From Gammaproteobacteria bacterium (GTDB lineage: Bacteria; Pseudomonadota; Gammaproteobacteria; Poriferisulfidales; GCA-002705445), in NCBI GenBank assembly GCA_045561235.1, contig JBJKYB010000002.1:594962-658961 (forward strand): a stretch of 64,000 bases of DNA. Reading direction: 5' to 3'. Positions 39,216 through 49,360 of the stretch are shown here, piece after piece (positions within the stretch are counted from its first letter, which is position 1; each line of letters opens with the position of its first letter). The position numbers and the translations under genes are program-made. The notes beneath the pieces are model-generated. The model saw only the letters and a program-made list of their open reading frames with translations. It was not told the DNA's origin and searched no databases.

Positions 39216-40880
39216 ATGAATATGAAGACTTCTGACCTATTTGTTAAGTGTCTTGAAAATGAAGGAATTGAATACATCTTTGGTGTTCCAGGCGAGGAAA
39301 ATGCAGATTTTTTGATGTCTTTGCACGAGTCTAAGAAAATTGAATTCATTTTAACAAGACATGAACAAGGCGCAGCTTTTATGGCTGAGTCATACGGAAA
39401 ATTAACAGGAAAGCTATCTTGTTGTTTAAGTACACTAGGACCAGGCGCTACAAATCTGCTTACTGGTGTTGCAGATGCAAATATGGACCATTCTCCAGTT
39501 TTAGTTATTACAGGACAAGGCTCTTCAGATAGGCTTCATAAAGAGTCGCACCAAATAATGGATGTCTGTCACATGTTTAAATCAGTAACCAAATGGACAA
39601 CCTCGGTAAGAAATCCAGCCACAATCCCTGAAATTATTAGAAAAGCTGTAAGATTGGCAACATTAGAAAAACCTGGTGCAGTACATATTGAATTACCAGA
39701 GGATATTGCAAGATTAGATGTGAAAGCAAAACCTTTAAAATCTTTTCCTTATAGAAGGTCTATTGCCGAGGATAATATTATATATAAAGCATTTAAGTTA
39801 ATGTCTGAAGCAGAATCACCAATACTTATTGCAGGAAATGGAGCTATAAGAAAAAGATCATCAAGACAACTCAGGGAATTTTGTGAACGAACAAATATTC
39901 CTGTTGTAACCACATTTATGGGTAAGGGTGCAGTTAATTGTGAGTCGGATTATTGTTTATCAACAGTTGGATTAGGCGCAATTGATTTTGGAGATATCGC
40001 AATAAAGAATTCAGATCTTGTTATAACGTTAGGATACGATATGGTAGAATACCATCCAAAACTTTGGCGCACTAATTCTTCAGCCAAGATTATTCATATA
40101 GATTTTGAGGCAGCCGAAATAGACGAATATTATATTCCAGAAGTTGAAATTATTGGAGATTTAGCTCACTCCTTATCTGTGTTGAATAAAATAATAGATA
40201 CAGAGGGTATAAAATCCTATGATAATACAAACGTAAAAAAATTAAGAGCTAGTTTAAAAAAAGATAATGAGAATTATAAAGATGATAAATCTATAGGTTT
40301 AATAAAACCACAAAAGTTTTTATATGACTTGAGAAACTTTTTAGGTAAAGATGACATATTAATATCTGACGTTGGTGCACACAAAATGTGGATTGCCAGA
40401 AATTATCCCTGTTATGAGCCAAATACATGCATAATTCCGAATGGGTTTTGCTCGATGGGATATGCATTACCAGCAATAATTTCGGCATCACTAATAAATG
40501 AGAACAGAAAAATTTTTTCAATTTGCGGAGATGCAGGTTTCTTAATGAATCTCCAAGAGATGGAAACCGCTAAAAGGCTTAGCGCAAATTTTGTATTGAT
40601 TGTTTGGGAAGATAAATCCTATGGTTTAATTAAATGGAAGCAGCAAGCACAATTTGGGAAATCAACAGATCTTGATTTTAATAATCCAAATTGGGAAAAA
40701 TTAGCTAAATCTTTTGATTGGAATTATATATTTGAAGATGATAGTTCTAAGATTACAAAAAGCTTAGAAAAAACCAATAATCTTAAAGGTCCAACTTTAT
40801 TTGTTATACCAATAGATTATTCTGAAAATGGGAAGTTAACTAAATTTTTAGATGATTTAGAAAAAAAATATGACACTTAA
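39216..40880 (+). CDS. Thiamine-diphosphate-dependent enzyme of the acetolactate synthase family (catabolic AlsS/AruI-like 2-oxoacid decarboxylase/carboligase).
   Basis: 554 aa. Motifs (I)FGVPGEEN, RHEQGAAFMAESYGKLTGK, LGPGATNL(L)TG, TPP-binding GDAGF...N. Architecture PYR-middle-PP. Confidence 0.8.
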   Translation: MNMKTSDLFVKCLENEGIEYIFGVPGEENADFLMSLHESKKIEFILTRHEQGAAFMAESYGKLTGKLSCCLSTLGPGATNLLTGVADANMDHSPVLVITGQGSSDRLHKESHQIMDVCHMFKSVTKWTTSVRNPATIPEIIRKAVRLATLEKPGAVHIELPEDIARLDVKAKPLKSFPYRRSIAEDNIIYKAFKLMSEAESPILIAGNGAIRKRSSRQLREFCERTNIPVVTTFMGKGAVNCESDYCLSTVGLGAIDFGDIAIKNSDLVITLGYDMVEYHPKLWRTNSSAKIIHIDFEAAEIDEYYIPEVEIIGDLAHSLSVLNKIIDTEGIKSYDNTNVKKLRASLKKDNENYKDDKSIGLIKPQKFLYDLRNFLGKDDILISDVGAHKMWIARNYPCYEPNTCIIPNGFCSMGYALPAIISASLINENRKIFSICGDAGFLMNLQEMETAKRLSANFVLIVWEDKSYGLIKWKQQAQFGKSTDLDFNNPNWEKLAKSFDWNYIFEDDSSKITKSLEKTNNLKGPTLFVIPIDYSENGKLTKFLDDLEKKYDT

Positions 40881-42318
40881 AAAAATTAAAAATATTACCC
40901 CTGTTCAAATTAAAAATCCAAAAACTGTTGATTTAAATTCACCCTGGGATTTAAAAATCGTCGGGCATATAGAGTGCATAGAAAAAAAGCATGTTGATGA
41001 AATACTAAATATAGCGTCAAAAGCTTTTCATAATAAAGCAAAACCTTTAAATAAAATAGAAAGAATAAAGATACTCAAGAAATGTAAAAGTAAGTTAGAA
41101 AAGAATTCACAAAAGTTCTCAAAAATTATTGCGTTAGAGGGTGGAAAACCATTAAAAGATGCAAAAATAGAAGTTGAAAGAGCTATTAATGGAGTTGATC
41201 TTTGTGTCGAAGCATTAAATAAATGCTCTGGGTCAGAAATACCAATGAATATTAGTAATTCATCATTAAACAAGATAGCATTTACAAAAAAATTTCCAAT
41301 TGGGCCAGTATTTGCGGTCAGTGCATTTAATCATCCATTAAATTTGATAGTTCACCAAGTCGGTCCAGCTATAGCTGCAGGATGTCCAGTAATCATAAAA
41401 CCTTCTTTGGATACTCCATTATCTTGTTATGAGTTGATTAAGATATTAATAGAAAGTGGCTTACCCACCGAATTTTGCCAAATGATAAATACTAACGATC
41501 ACATGATTACACAAAAATTTGTGAGTGATCCAAGAATATCCTTTTTTTCTTTTATTGGAAGTGCTGAAGTTGGCTGGAAATTAAAATCTTTATTACCACC
41601 TGGAGCAAAGTGCGCGATGGAACATGGAGGTGTTGGTTCTGTGATATTAGATAAGGATACAAACTTAAAAAATATTTTACCTTCGATTTTGAGGGGTGCA
41701 TTTTATCATGCTGGACAGGTATGTGTTTCAATTCAAAAAGTAATTGTTCACGAAGATTTAGTAGATGAATTTTTAGATTTATTAAAAAAATCAATTAAAA
41801 AATTAAAAGTTGGAAATCCTTCGAATATTAAAACGGATGTTGGGCCATTAATTCGCCCATCGGAGGTTAAAAGAATTGATAGTATTGTAAAAAAATCAAT
41901 AAAAGAGGGAGCTGAAATAATTTGTGGAGGATTTTCTAATAAAGAAACAACTTACGAATGTACAGTTATTAAAAATCCAAAAGATAAGTCGGAAATTAGT
42001 CAAAACGAAATATTTGGGCCAGTATTATGTTTATACGAATTTCGCACTATGGAAGATGCAATAAAAAAAGCAAATAACGAAAAATATGCCTTTCAATCTT
42101 CAGTATATACGCAAAATATTGATACAGCGATGCTTTGTTATGAAAAACTTGACGCAAAAAGCGTCTTTATTAACGAACAAACTGCGTTCAGAGTTGATTG
42201 GATGCCATTTGGAGGAATTAAAAACTCTGGTGAAGGCGTGGGCGGTATAGAATACTCTTTTTCTGATCTATTGTATGATAAACTAATTATTATTAACTCA
42301 AAAAACATAATTTCTTAG
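40870..42318 (+). CDS. NAD(P)+-dependent aldehyde dehydrogenase. Start overlaps the TPP-enzyme stop.
   Basis: 482 aa. Catalytic Cys block (F)YHAGQVCVS, glutamate block (M)EHGG, FGPV(L), (P)FGG(I/V)K.SG.G. Overlaps the previous gene by 11 nt. Confidence 0.85.
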   Translation: MTLKKIKNITPVQIKNPKTVDLNSPWDLKIVGHIECIEKKHVDEILNIASKAFHNKAKPLNKIERIKILKKCKSKLEKNSQKFSKIIALEGGKPLKDAKIEVERAINGVDLCVEALNKCSGSEIPMNISNSSLNKIAFTKKFPIGPVFAVSAFNHPLNLIVHQVGPAIAAGCPVIIKPSLDTPLSCYELIKILIESGLPTEFCQMINTNDHMITQKFVSDPRISFFSFIGSAEVGWKLKSLLPPGAKCAMEHGGVGSVILDKDTNLKNILPSILRGAFYHAGQVCVSIQKVIVHEDLVDEFLDLLKKSIKKLKVGNPSNIKTDVGPLIRPSEVKRIDSIVKKSIKEGAEIICGGFSNKETTYECTVIKNPKDKSEISQNEIFGPVLCLYEFRTMEDAIKKANNEKYAFQSSVYTQNIDTAMLCYEKLDAKSVFINEQTAFRVDWMPFGGIKNSGEGVGGIEYSFSDLLYDKLIIINSKNIIS

Positions 42319-42332
42319 ACTAAAAGGAAAAT

Positions 42333-42998
42333 ATGAAGTATTTATTATTATTTATATATTTTTTGTCATTTAATTTATTCTCAGCGGCTGACGAACCTCA
42401 TCCAATCATAGACTCTAATTACATTTCAAAATATTCATATGATTTAGAGACTATGAATATCGAGGAATTAGAAGAAACAAAATTAACCTTAAAAAATTAT
42501 CTTAAAAATAATAATCATAAAGATACATATTCGGACAATACTGCTAAAGAGGAATTACTTGTTGCCTTATTAGAATATGATGATGTAAGAATACAAATTA
42601 CAGATGTTATCGACGAAGTAATAAACGAATATAAAGTTGAAGAAGATGTTAAAAATATATTACTTAGTTTCAAGAGCACTTTTGAAAATATCATTAAAGA
42701 TAATAGGCATCTTGTAAAAAATTTAAGAGATTATAAGGCATATGATTTTCGTTTAGGTTCAGCATATTTAGCAATGATGAGTGCTTTTCATGAAACTGAA
42801 GAAAGTAGAAAGTTTTATTCAAGGTTAGTACAAGATAAAAAAGATGACAAAACAAGCATTGGGCGATACAACAAAAAATTAAAATTATCTCAAGAAAATA
42901 TTAATTTAGTTAAAAAAGAAATAGAAAAACATTCAGAAATATCAGATGTAAAAAAAGTACTAGCAAAAATTGAAAAAGAAATTCTGTCAAGGGAATGA
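42333..42998 (+). CDS. Hypothetical secreted protein (signal peptide, then an acidic helical region).
   Basis: N-terminal MKYLLLFIYFLSFNLFSAAD signal. 14-nt gap after the ALDH gene. I recognise no family. Confidence 0.5.
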   Translation: MKYLLLFIYFLSFNLFSAADEPHPIIDSNYISKYSYDLETMNIEELEETKLTLKNYLKNNNHKDTYSDNTAKEELLVALLEYDDVRIQITDVIDEVINEYKVEEDVKNILLSFKSTFENIIKDNRHLVKNLRDYKAYDFRLGSAYLAMMSAFHETEESRKFYSRLVQDKKDDKTSIGRYNKKLKLSQENINLVKKEIEKHSEISDVKKVLAKIEKEILSRE

Positions 42999-43048
42999 AA
43001 AAAGCTAGAAAAATCTAACTTCTAATTATTTTGATATATGAAATATAT

Positions 43049-44020
43049 TTATACTACTCTATCACCTGGTTCTTTATTGTTATAAAAAGCTTCCATATTT
43101 TCCAATACCCTCATTCCCATAGCGATTCTTGTCTCTATAGAGGCACTACCTAAATGCGGAAGTAATACAGCATTTTCACAATCTAAAAAACCTGGATTAA
43201 GTTCTGGCTCACCTTCGAATACGTCAAGGCCTGCTCCAGCAATTGTTTTATTTTTCAAAGCTTCGATCAATGCATCATTATCTATAACATCTCCTCTGGC
43301 AGAATTTATTAGATAAGCTCCTTTTTTCATCATTCCAATTCTTTCTTTATTCATTAAATGATATGTGCTTTCTCCACCAGGACAGTGAATAGAAACAAAA
43401 TCAGCTTTCTCTAGCACTTCTTCTACACTTGAGCATGGTGTTGCATCATATTTTTTAATTACCTCATCTGATGGCATGTATGGGTCGGAGAATATAATTT
43501 TCATCCCAAATCCAAAATGTGCTCTATCAGCAGTTGCTTGAGCTATTCTTCCAAAGCCAATACAACCCAATGTTTTTCCAGTTACTTGTGTGCCCCTAAG
43601 ATGTGTTGGTCTCCATCCAGCCCATTTACCAGCTCTTAACTCTCTCTCACCTTCACTTGTTCTTCTAGCTGCGGCTAATAATAACGTCATGGCTATGTCC
43701 GCCGTACAATCCGTTAAAACTTCAGGAGTATTTGTAACAACTAAATTTTCTTTTTTTGCAGCATTTAAGTCTATATGATTAAAACCCACTCCAAAACTAG
43801 CAATAATTTTTGCTTTTTTATTTTCTACTGATAGAACTTCCTCATTTATAGGATCTGTAACAGTAGGACAAACGCAATCATAGTTTTGAAAAGCTGATTG
43901 AAGTTCAGCAATACTCATAGGGACGTCTTTTTCATTTAGTGTTACGTCATATTTTTCTTTTAATTCTGCTTCAACTTCAGCAGGCCATTTTCTTGTTACT
44001 AATACTGTTGGTTTACTCAT
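43049..44020 (-). CDS. hprA: Hydroxypyruvate reductase / glycerate dehydrogenase (D-isomer-specific 2-hydroxyacid dehydrogenase), serine-cycle HprA-like.
   Basis: 323 aa. N-terminal (V)LVTRKWP, NAD-binding G.GRIG, catalytic R/E/H blocks (N.ARG..(I/V)D, HLGSA). Last gene of the sga-mcl-mtkAB cluster. Confidence 0.8.
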   Translation of the reverse strand: MSKPTVLVTRKWPAEVEAELKEKYDVTLNEKDVPMSIAELQSAFQNYDCVCPTVTDPINEEVLSVENKKAKIIASFGVGFNHIDLNAAKKENLVVTNTPEVLTDCTADIAMTLLLAAARRTSEGERELRAGKWAGWRPTHLRGTQVTGKTLGCIGFGRIAQATADRAHFGFGMKIIFSDPYMPSDEVIKKYDATPCSSVEEVLEKADFVSIHCPGGESTYHLMNKERIGMMKKGAYLINSARGDVIDNDALIEALKNKTIAGAGLDVFEGEPELNPGFLDCENAVLLPHLGSASIETRIAMGMRVLENMEAFYNNKEPGDRVV

Positions 44021-44038
44021 CTCTTTCCTCGACTATAT

Positions 44039-44929
44039 TTATAAATTTTTATTTATTACTTCTTTCATTGTGCTACCCATCTCAGAAGGATTTGGAATTA
44101 TATGAATTCCAGCTTCTTTTAGTAACTCAACTTTTTCTGCTGCACTTTCACCTTTGCCTGAAACAATTGCACCAGCATGACCCATTCTTCTTCCTTTTGG
44201 TGCCGTTAAACCAGCTATATATGCAGCAACCGGCTTTTTCATATATTTTTCAACATATTCAGCAGCCTCAGCTTCTTGTGGACCGCCAATTTCTCCAATT
44301 ATCATTACAGCTTTTGTTTTTTCATCTTCATTAAATAACTCAAGTATATCTTTATGAGAGCTTCCATTAATAGGATCTCCACCAATACCTACACTCGTAG
44401 AAATACCAATACCCTCTGATTTCATTTGTGAGGCCGCTTCATAACCTAGCGTTCCTGATCTGCCAATAACACCTACCTCCCCAGGCATATATATGTGGCC
44501 TGGCATGATGCCAATCATCGCTTCCCCTGGTGTTATAGTTCCAGCACAATTTGGACCAGTCAGAATCATTCTGTCTTCTTTTTTATATCTAAGCATATAT
44601 CTTTTAACTTTTATCATATCATGTGCAGGGATTCCGTCAGTAATTGAGACAGCATATTTAATTCCTGCATCTGCAGCTTCCATAATACCATCAGCCGCAG
44701 CCGCAGCAGGAACAAAAACTATAGTTGCTTCAGCGCCAGTGGCATCTACAGCCTCTTTAACAGTATTGAATACGGGTTTATTTAAATGAGTTGTACCACC
44801 TTTTCCTGGTGTTACTCCTGCAACAACATTAGTCCCATATGCAATCATTTCTTCAGCATGGAAATTACCTATTCTTCCAGTAATTCCCTGAACTAAAACT
44901 TTTGTATTTTTATTTAATAAAACTGACAT
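44039..44929 (-). CDS. mtkB: Malate--CoA ligase (malate thiokinase) alpha subunit, SucD-like.
   Basis: 296 aa. CoA-binding VLVQGITG, phosphohistidine loop (M)GHAGAI. Assigned as MtkB rather than SucD because it sits between mcl/sga and hprA with no sucAB nearby. Confidence 0.75.
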   Translation of the reverse strand: MSVLLNKNTKVLVQGITGRIGNFHAEEMIAYGTNVVAGVTPGKGGTTHLNKPVFNTVKEAVDATGAEATIVFVPAAAAADGIMEAADAGIKYAVSITDGIPAHDMIKVKRYMLRYKKEDRMILTGPNCAGTITPGEAMIGIMPGHIYMPGEVGVIGRSGTLGYEAASQMKSEGIGISTSVGIGGDPINGSSHKDILELFNEDEKTKAVMIIGEIGGPQEAEAAEYVEKYMKKPVAAYIAGLTAPKGRRMGHAGAIVSGKGESAAEKVELLKEAGIHIIPNPSEMGSTMKEVINKNL

Positions 44930-44943
44930 TATCTTCCCCTTAA

Positions 44944-46107
44944 TTATTGTTTAGCAGCATCAACAGCCTTTTGTGCTGCATCTTTTAAAGTGTCGGCTAG
45001 AATTATGGGAAGCCCACTTTCTTTTACAATTTTTATACCTTCTTCTACATTTGTTCCTGATAATCGAACTATTAAAGGAATTTTTAAATCTACTTTAGGA
45101 ATAACTTGAACTAGACCCTCAGCAATCCAATCGCATCTGTTAATACCTGCATAAACATTTACAAGCATTGCTTTTACTTTTTTATCAGCTAGGACCAATT
45201 CAAATGCTTTACCAACTCTTTCTGGAGAAGCCCCACCTCCTATGTCCAAAAAGTTTGCAGGTTCGCCACCACAATATTTTATCATGTCCATTGAAGCCAT
45301 TGCCAAACCAGCACCGTTAATAATACAGCCAATGTCACCATCCAAACCAACATAACTGAGATCATGCTCTTTAGCCGCTACTTCTCTTGGATCTTTTTGA
45401 GAATTATCATTAAGAGAATCAATTTCAGGATGTTTAAATAAAGCGTTGTCATCAAAGCTAACTTTTGCATCAAGTGCAATAAGATTATTATCTTTTGTCA
45501 AAACTAATGGATTTATTTCTAGCATATTCATATCTAAATTAGTCATAGCTTTATAGCAACCCATTAATAATTTAACCGCTTTTCCAAGTGCTTCTTTAGG
45601 AAGATTAAGTGCAAAACTTAATTCTCTTGCTTGAAAACCTGTAAGTCCTACTACGGGGTCAATTTCAATTTTTTTAATAGAATCAGGTTTTTCTACTGCA
45701 AGTTCTTCTATTGACATACCACCTTCGGCTGAAGCGACAATAACAATTCTTTGTGATGCTCGGTCCATTACAAATGCTAAATAAATCTCCCTGTCGATAT
45801 CACAACCGGATTCAATATAGAGTTTTTCAATTAACTTCCCTTCGTCACCAGTTTGAATAGTTTTTAAATAAGTGCCAAAAAGTTTCTCAGATGCAGCTTT
45901 AACTTCCTCATCAGATTTACAGAGAACTATACCTCCAGCTTTACCTCTTGCACCAGAATGAACTTGTGCTTTTACAACACATAAATCTGTTCTTAATTTT
46001 TTAAATGCATCGACAGCTTCTGTGGAGTTGTGTGCTAGCTCACCTGCTAAAATTTGAACTCCATAATTTGATAATATTTCTTTCGCTTGATATTCGTGTA
46101 TATCCAA
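44944..46107 (-). CDS. mtkA: Malate--CoA ligase beta subunit, SucC-like (ATP-grasp).
   Basis: 387 aa. N-terminal MDIHEYQAKE(I)L, ATP-grasp and ligase-CoA domains. Context as for mtkB. Confidence 0.75.
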   Translation of the reverse strand: MDIHEYQAKEILSNYGVQILAGELAHNSTEAVDAFKKLRTDLCVVKAQVHSGARGKAGGIVLCKSDEEVKAASEKLFGTYLKTIQTGDEGKLIEKLYIESGCDIDREIYLAFVMDRASQRIVIVASAEGGMSIEELAVEKPDSIKKIEIDPVVGLTGFQARELSFALNLPKEALGKAVKLLMGCYKAMTNLDMNMLEINPLVLTKDNNLIALDAKVSFDDNALFKHPEIDSLNDNSQKDPREVAAKEHDLSYVGLDGDIGCIINGAGLAMASMDMIKYCGGEPANFLDIGGGASPERVGKAFELVLADKKVKAMLVNVYAGINRCDWIAEGLVQVIPKVDLKIPLIVRLSGTNVEEGIKIVKESGLPIILADTLKDAAQKAVDAAKQ

Positions 46108-46122
46108 AACAGTTCCCCTATA

Positions 46123-47070
46123 TTATTTTTTTGCATTAATTGCTTTATCGGTTTCAACAATGTTTTCAGCCATCTTTGCTGATGCTGCATCTATTAGTCT
46201 TCCATCTAATGAGGCGGCTCCTTGGCCAGCTTTTGCAGCTTCGTCTAAAGCTATTAAAATTCTTTTCGCTTTATCGACCTCCGCTGGTGGAGGTGTAAAT
46301 ACTTCATTCGCAAGCTCGATTTGTGAAGGGTGAATAGCCCATTTCCCCTCATATCCGAGAGCAGCAGCTCTTTTAGCAGCCAGCGTATAACTTTCTGGAT
46401 CTTTAAAATCTCCAAATGGCCCATCTATTGCTCTTAGACCATATGCTCTACACGCTACTAACATTTGTGATAAACCAGCATGCCATTGGTCTCCAGGATA
46501 ATCTGGATTTAGACCACCTATCACTGTGGTTCTTGCTCTACAGCTTGCTGCATAATCAGCAACCCCAAAATGCATAGCTTCTAATCTCTCTTCACGTCCA
46601 GATTTGGCTATGTCCATAACATTAGCCATACCAAGAGTTGTTTCAATTAAAATTTCTATTCCAATACGTTTTTTTAAGCCTTTAGAAGTTTCAATTTGAT
46701 TAAGGAGTGCTGACAACATATAAATATCGGAGGGTGTTCCAGCTTTTGGAAGCAATATAGTGTCAAGATGCTCACCAGCCTGCTCGACTACCTCGATTAC
46801 GTCTCGATACATATAATGTGTGTCAATACTATTAATTCGAACGGAAATAGTTTTTCCATTTCCTTGCCAATCAAGATCTTGAAGAGCTTCAATAACATTT
46901 TTTCTTGCAGTTACTTTATCATCTGGCGCTACTGCATCTTCTAAATCTAAAAAAACAAAATCAACATCACTGTTTAATGCTTTTTCAAACATTTTTGGGT
47001 TTGACCCAGGAACTGCAAGTTCGCTTCTCTGAACTCTTCTAGAAGTTTGTTCATAAATTTTATGGCTCAT
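46123..47070 (-). CDS. mcl: L-malyl-CoA/beta-methylmalyl-CoA lyase (HpcH/HpaI / CitE-like aldolase family).
   Basis: 315 aa. Family motifs RSELAVPG, DLEDAV, GIEILIET. Adjacent to mtkAB and sga as in methylotroph serine-cycle clusters. Confidence 0.8.
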   Translation of the reverse strand: MSHKIYEQTSRRVQRSELAVPGSNPKMFEKALNSDVDFVFLDLEDAVAPDDKVTARKNVIEALQDLDWQGNGKTISVRINSIDTHYMYRDVIEVVEQAGEHLDTILLPKAGTPSDIYMLSALLNQIETSKGLKKRIGIEILIETTLGMANVMDIAKSGREERLEAMHFGVADYAASCRARTTVIGGLNPDYPGDQWHAGLSQMLVACRAYGLRAIDGPFGDFKDPESYTLAAKRAAALGYEGKWAIHPSQIELANEVFTPPPAEVDKAKRILIALDEAAKAGQGAASLDGRLIDAASAKMAENIVETDKAINAKK

Positions 47071-47092
47071 TTTTTATCCTTTTTTAATTTTT

Positions 47093-48331
47093 TTATTTTT
47101 TCTTTTTCTTTTTCTTTGTTTTATCAGGATTACTTGTCCAATATTTTGCTGCAGCACCTGTACCACTTCCTGGTGTGAATTTAATGCCAGCATCAATCAT
47201 TGCCATTTCTACTCCACCAAGAGCAGCCATCATCCTTGCCTCGTTATTATCACCAAGATGCCCAATTCTAAAAACTTTACCAGCTACTTGAGTAAGCCCA
47301 GCACCCAAAGAAATATTATATCTATGATATGCAATGTTAATTACCTCGATAGCTTTTTTCCCGTCTGGGTTATTTTTAGATCCTGGTTCAAGCCAGATTG
47401 CGCTAACCGTATCTGATTGCCACTTTGGAGATGAAGCTGCCAGTTTTAATCCCCAAGCTTTTATTGCAGCGCGGACTCCACTAGCCAGTCTTTTGTGTCG
47501 ATAAAATACGTTCTCCATTCCTTCCTCAAGTAAAAGATCTATTGCTACTCTTAATCCTCTAAGTAAGTTAACTGGTGGTGTATATGGAAAAAAACCATCT
47601 TTATTTGTGTTTAAATGATCTTGTATATCTAGGAAACACCTCTTACATTTAGCCGTCTTTCTCATTGCAAGAGCTTTCTTACTAAAACACAGAATTGCTA
47701 AACCCGCCGGCAGCATAAAACCCTTTTGAGATCCACTTACTGCTATATCAACTTTCCACTTATCAAATCTAAATTCAACACTTGCAATCGAACTTACACC
47801 ATCAACCATTAATAAAGCTGGATGTTTAACTTGATCCATTGCTTTTCTTAATCCGGCAATATCACTTGTCACGCCTGTAGCAGTTTCATTGTGACAAACC
47901 ACAACTGCTTTAATTTTTTTATCTTTATCTTTTGCTAAAGCCTTTTTGAATTTTTCAATTTCTATACCATTACCCCATTTTGTATCAATTAGTTCTACAT
48001 CAAGACCAATTCGTTTGGCCAAGTCATACCAAAGATGACTAAATTGACCAAATCTTGAAGTAAGAATTTTATCGCCCGGTGATAGAGTATTTGCTAGTGC
48101 AACTTCCCAGCCTGCTGTTCCAGTTGCGGGAAAAATGAAAGGTGTTCCAGTTTTTGTCAGAAGTACTTTTTTTAAGTCTCTTAAAATTGGTTTTACAAGC
48201 TCAGGGAAGTCAGGAGCTCTATGATCTTCCATCGGGACGTTCATTGCATTTTGAACTACTGTTGGAATATGTGTTGGTCCAGGAGCAAATAAATAGTTTC
48301 TTCCAGGGAATGATAATTTTTGGCCAGGCAT
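47093..48331 (-). CDS. sga: Serine--glyoxylate aminotransferase (class V aminotransferase) with an unusual C-terminal poly-lysine tail (...PDKTKKKKKKK).
   Basis: 412 aa. N-terminus LFAPGPT.IP, PLP-Lys block SGSQKG(F)M.P(A)GL. The K-tail is encoded by the A-rich tract at 47096-47120. Confidence 0.85.
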   Translation of the reverse strand: MPGQKLSFPGRNYLFAPGPTHIPTVVQNAMNVPMEDHRAPDFPELVKPILRDLKKVLLTKTGTPFIFPATGTAGWEVALANTLSPGDKILTSRFGQFSHLWYDLAKRIGLDVELIDTKWGNGIEIEKFKKALAKDKDKKIKAVVVCHNETATGVTSDIAGLRKAMDQVKHPALLMVDGVSSIASVEFRFDKWKVDIAVSGSQKGFMLPAGLAILCFSKKALAMRKTAKCKRCFLDIQDHLNTNKDGFFPYTPPVNLLRGLRVAIDLLLEEGMENVFYRHKRLASGVRAAIKAWGLKLAASSPKWQSDTVSAIWLEPGSKNNPDGKKAIEVINIAYHRYNISLGAGLTQVAGKVFRIGHLGDNNEARMMAALGGVEMAMIDAGIKFTPGSGTGAAAKYWTSNPDKTKKKKKKK

Positions 48332-48464
48332 AATATTTTCCTATAAGTTGTTAAATTCGTTGTATTTTAATTAAATCCATATTTTATTAAAATGAATAAG
48401 GCGTAAATAATGCCATAGCATCTTGTGAGGCTCAACCTTTAATTATTGCTAATATAGATTCTAC

Positions 48465-49334
48465 TTAATTAGAGATTATACCTTGAAGTTCCGCAGCTTT
48501 CATAGTGTTTTCAAGGAGGCATGCAACTGTCATGGGTCCAGTTCCACCTGGCATTGGAGTTACTGCTTTAGCAATTCCATCAACAGAATCGAAATCAACA
48601 TCACCATGGATGCCTTTATCGTCACTACTTATTCCAACATCAAGTAAAATAGCGCCTTTCTTTACATTTTTCGAATTAATTATGCCTGGAACACCAATAG
48701 CAGGCACGACAATTTCAGATTCTGAAATTAAATCATCTAGATTTTTTGTTCTAGAGTGAGCTAGGGTAACAGTACAATCAATACCTTTAGATCCAAACAT
48801 TATAACTTGTGGCATACCGACAAGTCTTGATCTTCCAATTACTAATGCTTTTTTTCCAGATGTTTCCAAATCATAATATTCTATAAGTCTCATAACCCCA
48901 AGTGGAGTGCATGGCCTTAAAACATCATTTCCAACAATTAATTTACCAAGATTTTGTTCTTTAAGACCATCAACATCTTTATTTGTTGGAATCATTTCAA
49001 TTACGCTGTCTTCATTTAATCCCTTTGGCAAAGGCATTTGTATAAGAATTCCATTAATAGTAGGGTCATTTCCAAGCTCAGATATCTTTTGTTCTAATTC
49101 AGATTGAGATATATTCCCAGGAAGATTTACATGCATTGATTTAATTGATGATGCTGTTGCCTGTTTATGCTTATTATTTACATAAAGTTGACTTGGTTTA
49201 TCATCTCCAACTAAAACCGTTGCAAGGGTTATTTCTGAGCCTGAATCTTCTATTTTTTTCTTTATTGAACTTTGAATTTCTTGCGCAACAAATCTTCCAT
49301 CCAATATCAAAGTTCCTTTTTCTGTATATTTCAT
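48465..49334 (-). CDS. folD: Bifunctional 5,10-methylene-THF dehydrogenase / 5,10-methenyl-THF cyclohydrolase.
   Basis: 289 aa. Motifs (K)DVDG, TPLG, VIGRS..VG.P, TV..HS.T, (P)VPGGVGPMTVA.L(L)ENT. Confidence 0.9.
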   Translation of the reverse strand: MKYTEKGTLILDGRFVAQEIQSSIKKKIEDSGSEITLATVLVGDDKPSQLYVNNKHKQATASSIKSMHVNLPGNISQSELEQKISELGNDPTINGILIQMPLPKGLNEDSVIEMIPTNKDVDGLKEQNLGKLIVGNDVLRPCTPLGVMRLIEYYDLETSGKKALVIGRSRLVGMPQVIMFGSKGIDCTVTLAHSRTKNLDDLISESEIVVPAIGVPGIINSKNVKKGAILLDVGISSDDKGIHGDVDFDSVDGIAKAVTPMPGGTGPMTVACLLENTMKAAELQGIISN

Positions 49335-49360
49335 ATTTATTTAATAATTATTTATTTTTT

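Noticed and set aside
43590-44789. Plus-strand ORFs 43590..43778, 43939..44334 and 44493..44789 opposite hprA/mtkB
   Set aside because: Low-complexity Leu/Gln-rich or Ala-rich translations typical of shadow frames of real genes. They have no independent start context.
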